A stretch of 64,000 bases of DNA from a virus. Below the pieces are notes generated by a model. It saw nothing but the letters and a program-made list of their open reading frames with translations. It did no database searches and had not been told where the DNA came from. Made by a program: the position numbers and the translations under genes. How positions within the stretch are numbered: position 1 is the first letter of the stretch; each line of letters opens with the position of its first letter. The DNA lies in the IMG/VR virus record IMGVR_UViG_3300048599_000546, positions 2,147-66,146 of that record. The stretch is one strand, 5' to 3'. This document shows, one piece after another, positions 8,811 to 16,816 of the stretch.

Positions 8811-8920
8811 GCCGGCGAGGCGGATCCAGTTGGATCGACTGGGCCCTGATCGTGGGGGTCATCGCCGTGACCATCATCGGAGCGATCACTCTGCTCCTCG
8901 GACCCGGGCCCACGCCATGA
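8807..8920 (+). CDS. Small membrane protein
   Basis: 37 aa, single TM, ATGA coupling on both sides. Confidence 0.55.
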   Translation: MSRRGGSSWIDWALIVGVIAVTIIGAITLLLGPGPTP

Positions 8921-9306
8921 GCACCGACGAGCTCGACATGCCATGCCGGGTGTGCGGCGACCCGATCGGCGATCACCCGATGCGACTCTGGCTCGAGCAC
9001 ACCCGTGGCGGCACTGAGCTGCCGTACGAGACGATCCCGAAGGAAGGTCTCTCCGCTGCGTTCGGGCTCGACTGCCCGATCGCTGACCACGTCGACGTCC
9101 GCTCCATGGTCGCGCTCCACGACCGACTGGGCCCGCTCGCGCTGCTCGAGATGACCTGGCAGATCGGCGACCCGATCTCGGGGCCGACACCCGTGACGAA
9201 GCTCGCGTTCCTCGGTGAACCCGACGGGCTGCGCAGCCTCGGCCGGCTCCTGCGCGACTCAGCGAACGGCGCGGCCAACGCTGCCGAGAAGGCAGGTCGA
9301 CGATGA
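8917..9306 (+). CDS. Hypothetical phage protein
   Basis: CRVC..H..H N-terminus; coupled ORF. Confidence 0.65.
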   Translation: MSTDELDMPCRVCGDPIGDHPMRLWLEHTRGGTELPYETIPKEGLSAAFGLDCPIADHVDVRSMVALHDRLGPLALLEMTWQIGDPISGPTPVTKLAFLGEPDGLRSLGRLLRDSANGAANAAEKAGRR

Positions 9307-9779
9307 GCCGGTACGCGGAGAACACCACGGTGTCGTCCGAGGCGTCGCGCGGGGAGATCGAGCGCACGCTGCAGCGCTACGGCGCCGATCAGTTCATGTA
9401 CGGCTGGGACCAGGACCAGGCCGTCGTCGGGTTCCGATGCGAGGGCCGCCAGGTGAAGTTCGTGCTCCGCATGCCCGCGCGTGACGACCGCACGTTCACC
9501 CACCACTCGAGAGGCGCCCGCACCCCCGACGCGGCGCTCAAGCTCTGGGAGCAGGCGTGTCGGCAGCGGTGGCGCGCCCTGTCGCTCGTCGTGAAGGCCA
9601 AGCTCGAGGCGGTCGACGCCGGCATCAGCGCGTTCGAGACCGAGTTCCTCGGCCACATCGTGCTCCCGAACGGTCAGACCGCCGGCGAGTGGATGGCCCC
9701 GCAGGTCGAAGCCGCGTACGCGACCGGCGCGATGCCGGCCGATCTGCCCGCCCTCGGCCCAGGACGACCACGTGCGTGA
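9303..9779 (+). CDS. Conserved hypothetical phage protein
   Basis: MSRYAENTTVSSEASRGEIERTLQRYGA...WRALSLVVKAKLEAV...FETEFL, a pattern I recall from uncharacterised phage proteins. Confidence 0.75.
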   Translation: MSRYAENTTVSSEASRGEIERTLQRYGADQFMYGWDQDQAVVGFRCEGRQVKFVLRMPARDDRTFTHHSRGARTPDAALKLWEQACRQRWRALSLVVKAKLEAVDAGISAFETEFLGHIVLPNGQTAGEWMAPQVEAAYATGAMPADLPALGPGRPRA

Positions 9780-10170
9780 CCTCGTCCTCACCGTCCCCGC
9801 CGCCCAGCTCTCCGAGGCACTCCACCGCGGCGACCGCCGCGCGGTGGACTACTTCGGGCCCGCACCGCACGGACTCGTCCACACCACCGCCGAGCCCGCC
9901 GGCACACGCGGCCTCTGGCTCGTCCAGCTCCGCTACCGCGCCCAGCTCACCACCACCGCGCCGGACCACCAGCTCAAGTTCCGACTCTCGGGCGTCCAGG
10001 CCCAGCGCCTGCACCACCGTGCCCTCGGCTACGCGATGGAGTACTTCGAGCGCGACACCCGCTGGGACTGGACCCTCGTCGACTCCAACGCCCAGATGGT
10101 CGACACCGGCGACGCCGGCGAACCCGCGCGGGTCGAGATCTCGTTCACGTTCCTGGCGGTCGGCCCATGA
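9772..10170 (+). CDS. Hypothetical phage protein
   Basis: Overlapping ORF in the early operon. Confidence 0.65.
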   Translation: MRDLVLTVPAAQLSEALHRGDRRAVDYFGPAPHGLVHTTAEPAGTRGLWLVQLRYRAQLTTTAPDHQLKFRLSGVQAQRLHHRALGYAMEYFERDTRWDWTLVDSNAQMVDTGDAGEPARVEISFTFLAVGP

Positions 10171-10652
10171 GCAGCTCCTGGGCGCCGCGCTCCGACGACC
10201 CAGAGGTCCCGTGCTGTCTCGGCTCCGCCGTCTACGGCCCGGGCGGCTGCTCGTGCTGGGAGCCCGTGTACGACCTCGAGCAACAGGACCCGCGCATCGA
10301 CGAACACGAGACCGCCAGGAACGCGATGTGCGGCGACTGCGCCTACCGCCGCGACTCACCCGAGCGGGCCAACTCCGACACCGTCGCCGCCTACTCCGAC
10401 CAGCTCGACTCGTGCGTCGACGAGGGCCGACCGTTCTGGTGCCACGACGGAATGCGCCGAACGATCCACCACCGCCACCCAGACGGCCGCACACGCACCG
10501 ACCAGGCCACCGACGCCTCCTACGACCCGCCCATCGTCGAGCGCCGCCCATACCGCGCTGACGGGTCCCCCGCGCTGCTCTGCGCCGGCTGGTTCACACG
10601 CCGACTCCGCGCGATACAGGCCCGCACCGCCAAGGTCGAGGACGCCCCATGA
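10167..10652 (+). CDS. Cys/His-rich putative Zn-binding protein (DUF6283-like)
   Basis: CGDCAYRRDSPE...PFWCH...LCAGW motif order. Confidence 0.6.
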   Translation: MSSSWAPRSDDPEVPCCLGSAVYGPGGCSCWEPVYDLEQQDPRIDEHETARNAMCGDCAYRRDSPERANSDTVAAYSDQLDSCVDEGRPFWCHDGMRRTIHHRHPDGRTRTDQATDASYDPPIVERRPYRADGSPALLCAGWFTRRLRAIQARTAKVEDAP

Positions 10653-10849
10653 AGGCCACCGTGACCAGCGAGACGCTCGACGACGTCTACCGCGCCACCG
10701 ACGCCCTCGGCGAGGCCCGCGCGAACTGGGCGGCCGCGCTCCGCCGCGCCCACGCCGAGGGCTACTCGCTCCGCGACCTCGAGGTCCCGGCCGGCGTCTC
10801 CCACCAGACCGTGAAACGCATCGTCACCACAGGAGCCACCGATGTCTGA
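10649..10849 (+). CDS. Small HTH protein
   Basis: AHAEGYSLRDLEVPAGVSHQTVKRI. Confidence 0.7.
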   Translation: MKATVTSETLDDVYRATDALGEARANWAAALRRAHAEGYSLRDLEVPAGVSHQTVKRIVTTGATDV

Positions 10850-11153
10850 CCAGCCCGACCTGCAGATCACGTTCGCCGTCGAGCTCACCGAAGACCAGAT
10901 CCGCGAGATCGCCAACCTCCGCCCCGAGACGATGGGCACGGCTTCCGCCGTGCTGTTCGAAATCTGCCAGGAGTGGGTCAACTCCAACGGCCCCGCCGGC
11001 ATCGCTCACCTGGTCGACCACAACGGCAGGTTCTGGACCCGAGACGAAGACGGCAACTGGAAGCGTCCCGCCACCGAACCCATGTCCTGGCTCGAGGGCC
11101 GCGGCCTCGTCTCCACCCTGCTCATCGACACCCTGCACCCGGAGAAGCCGTGA
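10842..11153 (+). CDS. Hypothetical phage protein
   Basis: SD AGGAG; coupled to the next ORF. Confidence 0.65.
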   Translation: MSDQPDLQITFAVELTEDQIREIANLRPETMGTASAVLFEICQEWVNSNGPAGIAHLVDHNGRFWTRDEDGNWKRPATEPMSWLEGRGLVSTLLIDTLHPEKP

Positions 11154-11440
11154 TCGCCGCTCGCCGCTACCTCATCGTCGCTGCACGCACCGCCGCCGAC
11201 GCCCGCAGCTGGTGGAGCGAGGCCCGCGACGAGTTCCCCGACGTCACGTTCGTGCCCGCCACCCGAGACCGGATCCGTGGCCTCGCCCACTTCGACCTGA
11301 TCGTGCTCCCGTCGTTCACCCACAACCGCGACCACGCCACGATCGTCAGGCACCTGAACGTGGCGCTGCAGAAGAGCCCGAAGAACTCCCGCATCCTCGA
11401 CTTCTGGACCGGCGAGCCAACCGATCGGCGCCAGCTGTGA
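11150..11440 (+). CDS. Hypothetical phage protein
   Basis: GTGA-coupled ORF. Confidence 0.6.
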   Translation: MIAARRYLIVAARTAADARSWWSEARDEFPDVTFVPATRDRIRGLAHFDLIVLPSFTHNRDHATIVRHLNVALQKSPKNSRILDFWTGEPTDRRQL

Positions 11441-11796
11441 CCGCGCCGACGCTCTCCCGCCGGGAGCAGGCACGGCTCGTCGCCGCGGTCGACATGATCG
11501 GCCGCACCGGCGGCCGCGCGTACGAGGTCGGCTACGAGGACCCCACCGAGGACGGTGGCACCGGCCCCGTCGTCTGGCACGCCACCGCCACCCACCAGGG
11601 AGCGAAGCACTGGCGCACCGGGCCCGACCCGGTGACCGCGACCGAGCTCCTGCTCGAGGACCTCATCGATGGCGGCACCTGCACCAGCTGCGGCCGCGTC
11701 ACCGCCCTGGTCCTCGACGGCTCCACCGGGCTCGGCATGCCCGGGATCTGTGACCGCTACCGCCTCGGCAACAAGTACGTCAGGAGCTGCTCGTAG
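11437..11796 (+). CDS. Hypothetical protein (Zn ribbon)
   Basis: GGTCTSCGR...C...C; coupled ORF. Confidence 0.6.
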   Translation: MTAPTLSRREQARLVAAVDMIGRTGGRAYEVGYEDPTEDGGTGPVVWHATATHQGAKHWRTGPDPVTATELLLEDLIDGGTCTSCGRVTALVLDGSTGLGMPGICDRYRLGNKYVRSCS

Positions 11797-12149
11797 TGGG
11801 CTACGTGAAGCACAGCGCCATCATCGTCACCGGCAAGGATCTCGCGATCGTCGGCCGGGCCCGCTCCGTCGCGTCCGTCCTCCAGCTCGTCGTGACCGAC
11901 GTCGTGGCCGACAGCGTCAACGGCTACCACTCGTTCCTCGTCGCGCCCGACGGATCGAAGGAGGGCTGGATCGACTCCGACCTGGGCGACCAGCGCCGCG
12001 ATCAGTTCGTCGAGTGGATCCGAGTCCTGCCCGACACCGAGGGCCACCTCGACTGGATCGACGTCGAGTACGGCGGTGACCACGGCCGGGAGATCGGCGC
12101 CGCGATAGTGCGCCACGGCGACGCCGATCCTCGAGAGGACCCGACGTGA
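11796..12149 (+). CDS. Hypothetical phage protein
   Basis: HSAIIVTG...NGYHSFLVAPDGSKEGW...DVEYGGD; coupled ORF. Confidence 0.65.
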   Translation: MGYVKHSAIIVTGKDLAIVGRARSVASVLQLVVTDVVADSVNGYHSFLVAPDGSKEGWIDSDLGDQRRDQFVEWIRVLPDTEGHLDWIDVEYGGDHGREIGAAIVRHGDADPREDPT

Positions 12150-12739
12150 AGGTGCTCTCGATCGACCAGCCGTGGGCGACGCTGATCATGCTCGGCGTGA
12201 AGCGCTACGAGACCCGCGGCGCACCACCGAACGGCGACACGCGCCCCGAAGGCGTCCGCGGGCTCCCGGGCTGCACGCTCAACCGAGGCGAGTGGATCGG
12301 CATCGCCAGCACCACGCGCACGCCGCCCGTCGACACCATCCTCGAGCTCGGCGACTACGAGATGCGCCGCTCGTTCACCAGCATGTGCCGACCGAGCGGG
12401 TGGGAGCTCTCAGGCCCCAACGGCCTCGACGTGCTCCTGCCCTTCGGCAAACTGCTCGGCACCGCCACCTTCCGCGGCGCGCACCCGATGCTCGACGAGC
12501 GCGGCTGGCAACACGACACCGACACCCCCGACTCGGGCATCGACGTCAGCGCCACGGACGCGCTGGTCCGCATCGGCCCGGGCGCCGGCGAGGCCGACAT
12601 CAGCGACGAGCTGCCCTACGGCTACTGGGAACACGGCCGCTGGGCATGGGAGCTCGCCGACGTCGACACGCTCGACGAGCCGATCCCCGTGGTCGGCCGC
12701 CAGGGCGTCTGGGAGTGGAACGGCGAGGCCCGCGCGTGA
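12146..12739 (+). CDS. ASCH-domain protein
   Basis: MKVLSIDQPWATLIMLGVKRYETR...WAWELAD...PIPVVGRQGVWEW, ASCH signature. Confidence 0.85.
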   Translation: MKVLSIDQPWATLIMLGVKRYETRGAPPNGDTRPEGVRGLPGCTLNRGEWIGIASTTRTPPVDTILELGDYEMRRSFTSMCRPSGWELSGPNGLDVLLPFGKLLGTATFRGAHPMLDERGWQHDTDTPDSGIDVSATDALVRIGPGAGEADISDELPYGYWEHGRWAWELADVDTLDEPIPVVGRQGVWEWNGEARA

Positions 12740-13089
12740 CCACCGAACGGAAGCGAGTGACGTGGCTCCGGGTCGACGAGGTCCGCCTGCTCGATCACTG
12801 GTGCCGCAACCTCCGCCAGACGTTCCCGAACGCGCTCGGCGTGTACCTCGTCGGCTCGGTGCTCGAGCGTCAGGACTACCGCGACGTCGACGTCCGCATC
12901 GTCATGCGCCAGGAGTGCGGCAACTTCGGCCCGCACATGTTCGGCGAGATCGCCCTGCTCGACCTGAACCTGCTCCTGTCGCTGTGGGGCCAGGAACAGA
13001 CCGGGCTCCCGATCGACTGCCAGCTGCAGTCGTGGGACGAGTCCCAGAAGTACGCCGAACGCCCGCGCCACGCCCGGGGGATCCTGTGA
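12736..13089 (+). CDS. Minimal (Pol-beta fold) nucleotidyltransferase-like protein
   Basis: YLVGS...DYRDVDVRI and a distal IDCQ acidic residue; about 117 aa. Confidence 0.7.
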   Translation: MTTERKRVTWLRVDEVRLLDHWCRNLRQTFPNALGVYLVGSVLERQDYRDVDVRIVMRQECGNFGPHMFGEIALLDLNLLLSLWGQEQTGLPIDCQLQSWDESQKYAERPRHARGIL

Positions 13090-13505
13090 ACGCCGCCCGC
13101 CGGTTCATCGGACGCTGTTGGCGATGGTGCATACGGCTGGACCAGCGCTGCGCCTGGTGCCACCGCCGCGCGCACTTCAACGCCGCCTGGATCGCCAGCG
13201 GCAACCGCGACGGGAAGGTCTGGCACCTCGAGTGCTCCGCGCTCGAGGCCTCGATCCGCACCGCTGACGAACGGCTGTGGGTGCTCGACCTCGTCACCGA
13301 CGTGACGGGCCTGTCATCCCGGGACGTCGAGATGATGGCCAGCCTGCGCGCCGACACCGGCGAGAGCTACGTCACGCCCGCGCAGTCAGCAGCAACCAAT
13401 CGCGCGTGGCGCGTCATGCGCGACGTCGCCACCGCGCGTGAGGAGCAAGAGCTATCCGTCCGGCTGGGGAGCCACGAGCAGACCGAGGAGGCGCCCCCTA
13501 CGTGA
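13086..13505 (+). CDS. Hypothetical phage protein
   Basis: Coupled ORF with CAWC..H..C. Confidence 0.55.
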   Translation: MNAARRFIGRCWRWCIRLDQRCAWCHRRAHFNAAWIASGNRDGKVWHLECSALEASIRTADERLWVLDLVTDVTGLSSRDVEMMASLRADTGESYVTPAQSAATNRAWRVMRDVATAREEQELSVRLGSHEQTEEAPPT

Positions 13506-14455
13506 GCCTGACAGCCACGACCGCCACCTGGGCGATCATCCCCGAGCTCCGCTCTCGAGTCGCTGAGCTCCCGAACGCCAAACGCCGCCCGAGCGCCGAC
13601 CGCGTCGTCATGGTCGCCCTGCTCCTGGCCGACCGCTACCGCGACGATCGCGGCTACACCGACGAGACCGTCCCCCAGATCTGCACCGTGCTCGCACTGC
13701 CCGACTCCGCGGTGCGCGGCATCCTCGCCGCGCTCCACGACCTCGGCTACTGGATCCGCGAGAGCGCCGGCAACCGCCACGCCGGCGCGCGCCGCCGCCC
13801 CACCTTCCTCCCGGTAGAGCGCGGGGCTGACCCCGCGCTCTACCCCGACGCACACGACCGTGTTACCGGTGTAGGCAGCGGGGCTGACCCCGCGCTCTAC
13901 ACCGAGCCGGGGCCTGTGGACAACAACCTAGAGCGCGGGGTGGCGCACCCTAGAGCGCGGGGTAGCGACACCTACAGCGCGGGGTCAGCCCCGCGACTCC
14001 CCTGTTCCCCTACTTCCCCGTCGTCGTCGTCATGCGAGTTAGGTGACCGCGCAACGACGGACGACGACCCGGCCACGGTCGATCGAGCGCGAGCAGCGTG
14101 CGCCGTCATCGGCGCCGCCGACCACCAGCGCGCCGTCGACGACGGAGTGCACATCCGCACCAGCCGCACCGCGCACCGAGCCGGCTGCATCGAGACCGCG
14201 ACCCGCGTCTGGCTCGGCGACGTCGCCCTGGCCGCCGAGCAGCACCCCGAGCTCACCGCCGAGCAGCTCGCCGAGCACGTCGTCCCCGGCTGCACCGGCG
14301 CGCCCATCGCACCAGCACGACACGGCCCGGCACCACCACGCCCCGCCCGCCTCACCGAGGACACCGCCGTCATCGACCTCGCCGACAACGGCGCCCCCGT
14401 CATCGACCTCACCGCCCACCGCAACCGCACCACAGGAGCAGCAGCCACACCATGA
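13502..14455 (+). CDS. Putative replication initiator (wHTH N-terminus, iterons in linker)
   Basis: N-terminal TVPQICTVLALPDSAVRGILAALHDLGYW wHTH; DNA repeats lie within the gene's low-complexity middle, as in lambda O-type initiators. Confidence 0.65.
   Translation: MSLTATTATWAIIPELRSRVAELPNAKRRPSADRVVMVALLLADRYRDDRGYTDETVPQICTVLALPDSAVRGILAALHDLGYWIRESAGNRHAGARRRPTFLPVERGADPALYPDAHDRVTGVGSGADPALYTEPGPVDNNLERGVAHPRARGSDTYSAGSAPRLPCSPTSPSSSSCELGDRATTDDDPATVDRARAACAVIGAADHQRAVDDGVHIRTSRTAHRAGCIETATRVWLGDVALAAEQHPELTAEQLAEHVVPGCTGAPIAPARHGPAPPRPARLTEDTAVIDLADNGAPVIDLTAHRNRTTGAAATP
13813..13985. repeat. Putative phage origin: palindromes, DnaA box and 22-bp-period iterons
   Basis: GGTAGAGCGCGGGG-ctga-CCCCGCGCTCTACC (13813-13844), an imperfect copy at 13868-13903, TGTGGACAA at 13915-13923, and TA(G/C)AGCGCGGGGT at 13929, 13951 and 13973. 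Confidence 0.75.
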
Positions 14456-14844
14456 CTATCACCCGGTCCGAGCGAGTCCGGATCAAGGCCCAGCAGCCCG
14501 TCGAGGCCATCCAGCTGCCGAACGCCCCCGTCACTCGCGAGCTGCTCGACGAAGTCGCAGCGTTCCTCCAGGCGTCAGGCCAGAGCTTCAGCCGGTATTC
14601 CGGGAGACTCAACTGGCCAGCGAACACGACAACCCACTCCCTCATCGAGGGCAAGGAGGTGCCGTTCCGCTACGTCCTGGCCAGTGGTGGGACCATCGAC
14701 GCGCGCGATCAGCGGTGGGAGGACGACCCAGAGTTCTCCAACCTCGACTACGACAACGTCACGCCCACGTGGACCGAGTCGCCGCTAGGAGGCGGCGAGA
14801 ACGACACCGCCGAGCCGTACCACGACGGAGCTCCACACGAGTGA
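14452..14844 (+). CDS. Hypothetical phage protein
   Basis: SD AGGAG; coupled ORF. Confidence 0.6.
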   Translation: MTITRSERVRIKAQQPVEAIQLPNAPVTRELLDEVAAFLQASGQSFSRYSGRLNWPANTTTHSLIEGKEVPFRYVLASGGTIDARDQRWEDDPEFSNLDYDNVTPTWTESPLGGGENDTAEPYHDGAPHE

Positions 14845-15557
14845 TCAGTCGCTACGAGCTCGAGCGGCGCATCACCGCGTCGGTCGTTCATCTGCGGCAC
14901 CGCCATGCCGCGCTCGTGCCAGCCAAGGGGATCAGCGCCACCCGCCTCACCGACGCCCTGGCCGAGCTCGAGCAGCTCACACCCGGGATGATCCGAGCTG
15001 CGCACCGCCACCTCGACGACATGCAGGCCGGCTACTCGCCGACGAGCGGCGCGCCCCCAGGCCCGCGCGGCTCGGTGTCGGACCGCACCGGCGAGAGCGT
15101 GGTCGCGCCACACGACGACCCCGATGACACCACCGGCCGAGGCCGCCCGCGGCTGGATCCGGTGACCGAGCGCACCACGCTCCTCGAGGACGCCACCGCC
15201 CGCCTCGTCGTCGACACGTTCGCCGTGCTCCACGAGCGCGGCACCTACTACCTCGCCCGGCGCATCGAGACCGACACCATCGACGTGACCACGATCGTGC
15301 GCCGGTGGTCCAAGTCACGAGACGAGCGCTACTGCACGCACTGCCTCGCGACCAACGGGTACCGCGAGCTCACCACGAGCAGCCCCTACGGCAGCGTGTG
15401 CCGCCGCTGTGGCGACTGGCGCGGGGTGAACAAGCAGCTGCCACCGAAGGACATCCTCGAGTACCTGCAGCTCGGCAAGACGCCCCCTCGTCGGCTGATC
15501 GAGAAGCACCGGGCGAAGCTGCCCCGGTCGGTCCGTCGCCTCGGCAGGGCGGACTGA
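14841..15557 (+). CDS. Hypothetical Zn-ribbon protein, last early gene (possible late regulator)
   Basis: CTHC...CRRC near the C-terminus; sits just before the terminator and packaging genes. Confidence 0.6.
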   Translation: MISRYELERRITASVVHLRHRHAALVPAKGISATRLTDALAELEQLTPGMIRAAHRHLDDMQAGYSPTSGAPPGPRGSVSDRTGESVVAPHDDPDDTTGRGRPRLDPVTERTTLLEDATARLVVDTFAVLHERGTYYLARRIETDTIDVTTIVRRWSKSRDERYCTHCLATNGYRELTTSSPYGSVCRRCGDWRGVNKQLPPKDILEYLQLGKTPPRRLIEKHRAKLPRSVRRLGRAD

Positions 15558-15601
15558 GTAGCGTCATCGGCTTCCTGCTGCATTCGTTGACGCAGCGCTC
15601 T

Positions 15602-15632
15602 ACGGCCCCGACCACACCCCGGTCGGGGCCGT
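15602..15632 (+). terminator. Hairpin terminator ending the early operon
   Basis: Perfect 12-bp stem ACGGCCCCGACC/GGTCGGGGCCGT; weak U-tract. Confidence 0.6.
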
Positions 15633-15750
15633 TGCGCGTCTCACGGTCCACCACTCGGGGTGGCGCACGTGCCACCCTCTTACGCGATTCGTACTGTGGC
15701 GAGCGGTCTACCTGGATGGGTGGGCCGCTCGTCTGCGTGAGGGGGCGCTC

Positions 15751-16122
15751 GTGCCGTCTGCTCCGCTGCGCCGGTGCCCCACCCCCGGGTGCCCACACCG
15801 GTCGCCCTCGGGCCCGTGTGATGCGTGTCGTGCGACGCGGCAACGGCGCATCGACCAGGACCGCGGGACATCGTGGCAGCGCGGCTACCGCACCGCCCAT
15901 CGCTCGGCCCGTGAGGTGCAGCTCGAGCGTGAGCCTGACTGCGCCGACTGCGGCAAGCCGGCGATCATCGCCGACCACGAGCCACCGCGGCACGTACTCG
16001 AGGCGCTCGGGTTCGATCCTGACGACGGCTCCTGGTACGTGAGCCGGTGCTGGTCGTGTCACACCACCAAGACCAACGAGCACGACCAGCGGGCGCTCGG
16101 GCCGGCTGCTGGCGATCGCTGA
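15751..16122 (+). CDS. Packaging-associated HNH endonuclease
   Basis: MPSAPLRRCPTPGC...RGY...EPDCADCG...ADH...CWSCHTTKT, the typical HNH found upstream of terS. Confidence 0.85.
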   Translation: MPSAPLRRCPTPGCPHRSPSGPCDACRATRQRRIDQDRGTSWQRGYRTAHRSAREVQLEREPDCADCGKPAIIADHEPPRHVLEALGFDPDDGSWYVSRCWSCHTTKTNEHDQRALGPAAGDR

Positions 16123-16306
16123 TCGCTTGTGACATTCCAGGAATGCCATTCACTCCATGTCACGTCTCCCGCTGGCGCGCCAGACGCGGCCTCGGTGGAA
16201 AAGTCCCTCCGGATCGCCCACCGCTACCAGCGGGGGAGGGTTCCGTTACACCCCGGAGGTTTTGCAAAAAAGCGCGGAGCGACGAAATGCGCGGGAGGTG
16301 AACCCG

Positions 16307-16816
16307 ATGGGAGCTCGAGGGCCGGCCTCCAAGCCCACCCTGCAGGTCGTGCGCGAGGGCAACCCCGGGCACAAGGCGATGGACGAGCTCGACCGCCAGG
16401 TCGTGCTCCCACCCGGCGCACCCGACGAACCCGACTGGCGGACCTGGTTCCCCGCCATGTCGGGCCGCAACTCGAAGGACCACCAGCTCGCCCGCGACCT
16501 CTGCAGGGCCCAATGGCGCAAGCTCGTGCCGCCGCTCGACGCCGCCGGCGTCCTGGCCGAGGTCGACGGCCAGGTGCTCGTCGACCACTGCATCTGCTGG
16601 GCCCGGATCGTCCTCGGCGAGCGGGTCATCTCCGCCGAGGGCTTCTCGAGCGAAGGCGAGCGCGGCACGGTCAAGAACCCAGCGGTGACCGCGGTCAACC
16701 AGTACCGCACCCAGCTCCGCTACACGCTCGTCCAGCTCGGCCTCACGCCGGCGGCCAGGTCCCGGCTGACAGCTCGGGAAGGTGGGGCCGATGGCAGCGA
16801 GGATGCGTTCGACTGA
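16307..16816 (+). CDS. terS: Terminase small subunit (P27 family)
   Basis: MGARGPASKPT...GNPGHK...VKNPAV...QLGLTPAARSRL; SD GGAGGTG. Confidence 0.9.
   Translation: MGARGPASKPTLQVVREGNPGHKAMDELDRQVVLPPGAPDEPDWRTWFPAMSGRNSKDHQLARDLCRAQWRKLVPPLDAAGVLAEVDGQVLVDHCICWARIVLGERVISAEGFSSEGERGTVKNPAVTAVNQYRTQLRYTLVQLGLTPAARSRLTAREGGADGSEDAFD

Noticed and set aside
13813-13985. CRISPR or REP-like repeat
   Set aside because: Short phased repeats inside a wHTH gene fit iterons; there are no unique spacers.
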